Source of the DNA: a virus | Taxonomy: Duplodnaviria > Caudoviricetes | Virus record (IMG/VR): IMGVR_UViG_3300048694_000413 | Coordinates: 1 to 58,382 of that record | Reading direction: 5' to 3' (one strand) | Length of the DNA: 58,382 bases | In this document: positions 56,891 to 58,382 of the stretch, piece after piece | Layout: each line of letters opens with the position of its first letter | Position numbering within the stretch: position 1 is the stretch's first letter | The notes under the pieces: model-generated | Database searches by the model: none | What the model saw: only the letters and a program-made list of their open reading frames with translations | What the model was told of the DNA's origin: nothing | Translations under genes and position numbers: made by a program

Positions 56891-56917
56891 ATTGTACCAT
56901 CTTAAAGCATAAAGACA
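56891..56917 (-). promoter_or_regulatory. Putative late-class promoter (fibre island)
   Basis: TGTCTT-N12-TGGTACAAT. Confidence 0.6.
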
Positions 56918-56924
56918 AAGAAAA

Positions 56925-56972
56925 AAACTTGACACCAGACTACAAAAATGCTTGCAATCTAGTGTCAAGTTT
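56925..56972 (-). terminator. Intrinsic terminator after nrdJ
   Basis: AAACTTGACACTAGATTGCAA...TTGTAGTCTGGTGTCAAGTTT long stem with G-U pairs, then TTTTC. Confidence 0.8.
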
Positions 56973-56984
56973 ACTAATGTGTTA

Positions 56985-58382
56985 CTATTTTGTGATGTCT
57001 ACAACCTCACAATAACCAGCAGCACATGCAAGGTCTTGTGAACCAGTTGTACCATCTTCAGTTTCATAGAATGCAATGTCAGCCCAACGGATTTCCTTTG
57101 GCATCTTTGCAACTAAAGCATTGTATTCTTCCTCTGTTGCATCCTGATATGGTGCTTGCTTATAAGAGTGGTCTGAATATGGCAAGAATGAAATACCTGA
57201 AATCTCATCAAAGTGGTCATATACCCATGAGCCTACCTGCATCCATTCATCTTCCTTTACAGAAACTGTAATTGAAGGCTTATGCTCACACCATGCACGC
57301 TGATAAACTAGCCATGTCTCAAGATGTTCGATAGCAGTAAGTTCATCTCTTTTAATAGCATACTCTGGAGCCTTAACTGGGAATGAAAATACTGTAGTAG
57401 CATTCGGATTCATAACATCATCTTCTGCAGGTACTCCTGAGTCGATAAGGAATTTGGTTAGTGGATCTTTCTTATCCCCACGAACTGTACGGATGTAGTA
57501 ATCATTATGCCAGGGGTGCATACCTGAAGAAACACCAGTTAATTGAGAAACAGTACCTGAAGGCTTAACGCAGGTAATTGATGCTGACTGAGGAATTCCA
57601 ATTAGTTCTGCTTCTGACTTATTCTTGTCAATTGCTACATTCTTTAACATATCAAGAACTTCTGTTAATTTATCTAGACCTTCACGACCTGACATAAGAC
57701 TATGACCAAACTGACCTGTGATTGAAACTCCTAGAAGTCTTTCATCCTCTGTGTTCTCTCTCCAAATCTTACGAAGATACTTGAAGTTTGTAAGTGTTGA
57801 CTGCCATGTTCCTAAGATAGTGGCAAGTTCTACCTTGCGCTTTAGAGTATCAACTGTATCCCCGTCACGAACAATAACCTCTGAAAGATTGCAGAATTGG
57901 TATGGGCGAAGAATAATTTCTGAACATGGATTGGTTCCAAATCGATACTCTGCGTTTCGACGACCATTCTTTGCTGCCTGATTCTGTGCAGCCTGAACAT
58001 TGTAAATTCCACGCTCTCCAGATTTTGAATCATATAAGTTCTTCCATTCTGAAATAAAGTCATTCATAGAAGGCTTTGATGTGTATGATACAGAGTTATT
58101 TGCTAGAGCACGCTGACCGTTGTATTCCCACCATGCTCCTGATTTTGCCTTTGCCATATCATGGTCATTAAGGTCGGACAGAGAAATCATAGCAGAACGA
58201 CGAACGCCACCAACTACAACAACCTCTCCAATCTTACACATAATGTCATGTGCTTCAATTGGCTTTAACTTACGACCTGCAGCACCTTGAAATGTTTTAA
58301 TTGTAAATTCAAATAGATTTACAAGCGGTTGTGGACCTGATGCACGACCACCGAATGTCTTTAGGCGAGCACCTGCAGGGCG
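56985..58382 (-). CDS. nrdJ: Class II (adenosylcobalamin-dependent) ribonucleotide reductase, 5' end outside the window
   Basis: Frame is open to the window edge (RPAGARLKTFGGRASGP...); VVVGGVRRSA, GTNPCSEI, TCVKPSGT, EHKPSITV, C-terminal CAAGYC. Confidence 0.95.
   Translation of the reverse strand, partial: RPAGARLKTFGGRASGPQPLVNLFEFTIKTFQGAAGRKLKPIEAHDIMCKIGEVVVVGGVRRSAMISLSDLNDHDMAKAKSGAWWEYNGQRALANNSVSYTSKPSMNDFISEWKNLYDSKSGERGIYNVQAAQNQAAKNGRRNAEYRFGTNPCSEIILRPYQFCNLSEVIVRDGDTVDTLKRKVELATILGTWQSTLTNFKYLRKIWRENTEDERLLGVSITGQFGHSLMSGREGLDKLTEVLDMLKNVAIDKNKSEAELIGIPQSASITCVKPSGTVSQLTGVSSGMHPWHNDYYIRTVRGDKKDPLTKFLIDSGVPAEDDVMNPNATTVFSFPVKAPEYAIKRDELTAIEHLETWLVYQRAWCEHKPSITVSVKEDEWMQVGSWVYDHFDEISGISFLPYSDHSYKQAPYQDATEEEYNALVAKMPKEIRWADIAFYETEDGTTGSQDLACAAGYCEVVDITK

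Noticed and set aside
56925-56972. TTGACA in both arms as divergent -35 boxes or an att/operator site
   Set aside because: G-U-compatible pairing on the minus strand plus a U tract fits an intrinsic terminator, and there is no plus-strand gene to drive.
88-57981. All plus-strand ORFs in the track (for example 3281-3640, 10096-10506, 33764-34180, 54001-54339)
   Set aside because: They are antisense shadows of well-supported minus-strand genes, with no recognisable motifs and no free intergenic space.
1-58382. Stop-codon reassignment, inteins, tRNA or other RNA genes
   Set aside because: Standard-code ORFs tile the window densely and TAA, TAG and TGA all end genes. TerL, DnaE, DnaB, RecA and NrdJ show no intein-sized insertions in the visible parts. 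Remaining gaps are under about 125 nt and explained by promoters and terminators, with no cloverleaf seen.

Overview
The window is a 58 kb internal fragment of a large, AT-rich, long-tailed (siphovirus-type) dsDNA phage. Every credible gene is on the minus strand. In transcription order (high to low coordinates) it holds: a class II B12-dependent ribonucleotide reductase cut by the right edge; a ~12 kb island of fibre, collagen, glycine-rich and lectin-like genes; portal, protease/scaffold, major capsid and head-tail joining genes; major tail, tail chaperones with a -1 frameshift, an 1852-aa tape measure and minor tail genes; HNH, phosphoesterase, holin-like and HTH genes; a replication/recombination module (DnaB, primase, SSB, DnaE, MazG, RecA, Cas4-like, RuvC); a GT25 glycosyltransferase, a methyltransferase and a GuaB/GMP-reductase-like enzyme; and the small and large terminase (cut by the left edge, absent from the ORF track). 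Gene content and order resemble large actinobacteriophages (Streptomyces BE/BK-like phages and freshwater relatives); this is an inference, not a search result. The strongest non-obvious signals are: a fixed-spacing promoter motif TGT(A/C)TT-N12-TGGTANWAT heading five morphogenesis units, distinct from canonical promoters at the replication genes; apparently leaderless transcripts; an identical 19-nt leader before the major capsid and major tail genes; a nested scaffold start; a frameshift with a stimulatory hairpin; a cassette-like second appendage island with shuffled domains; and a candidate virion-glycosylation gene pair. All calls were made by eye.
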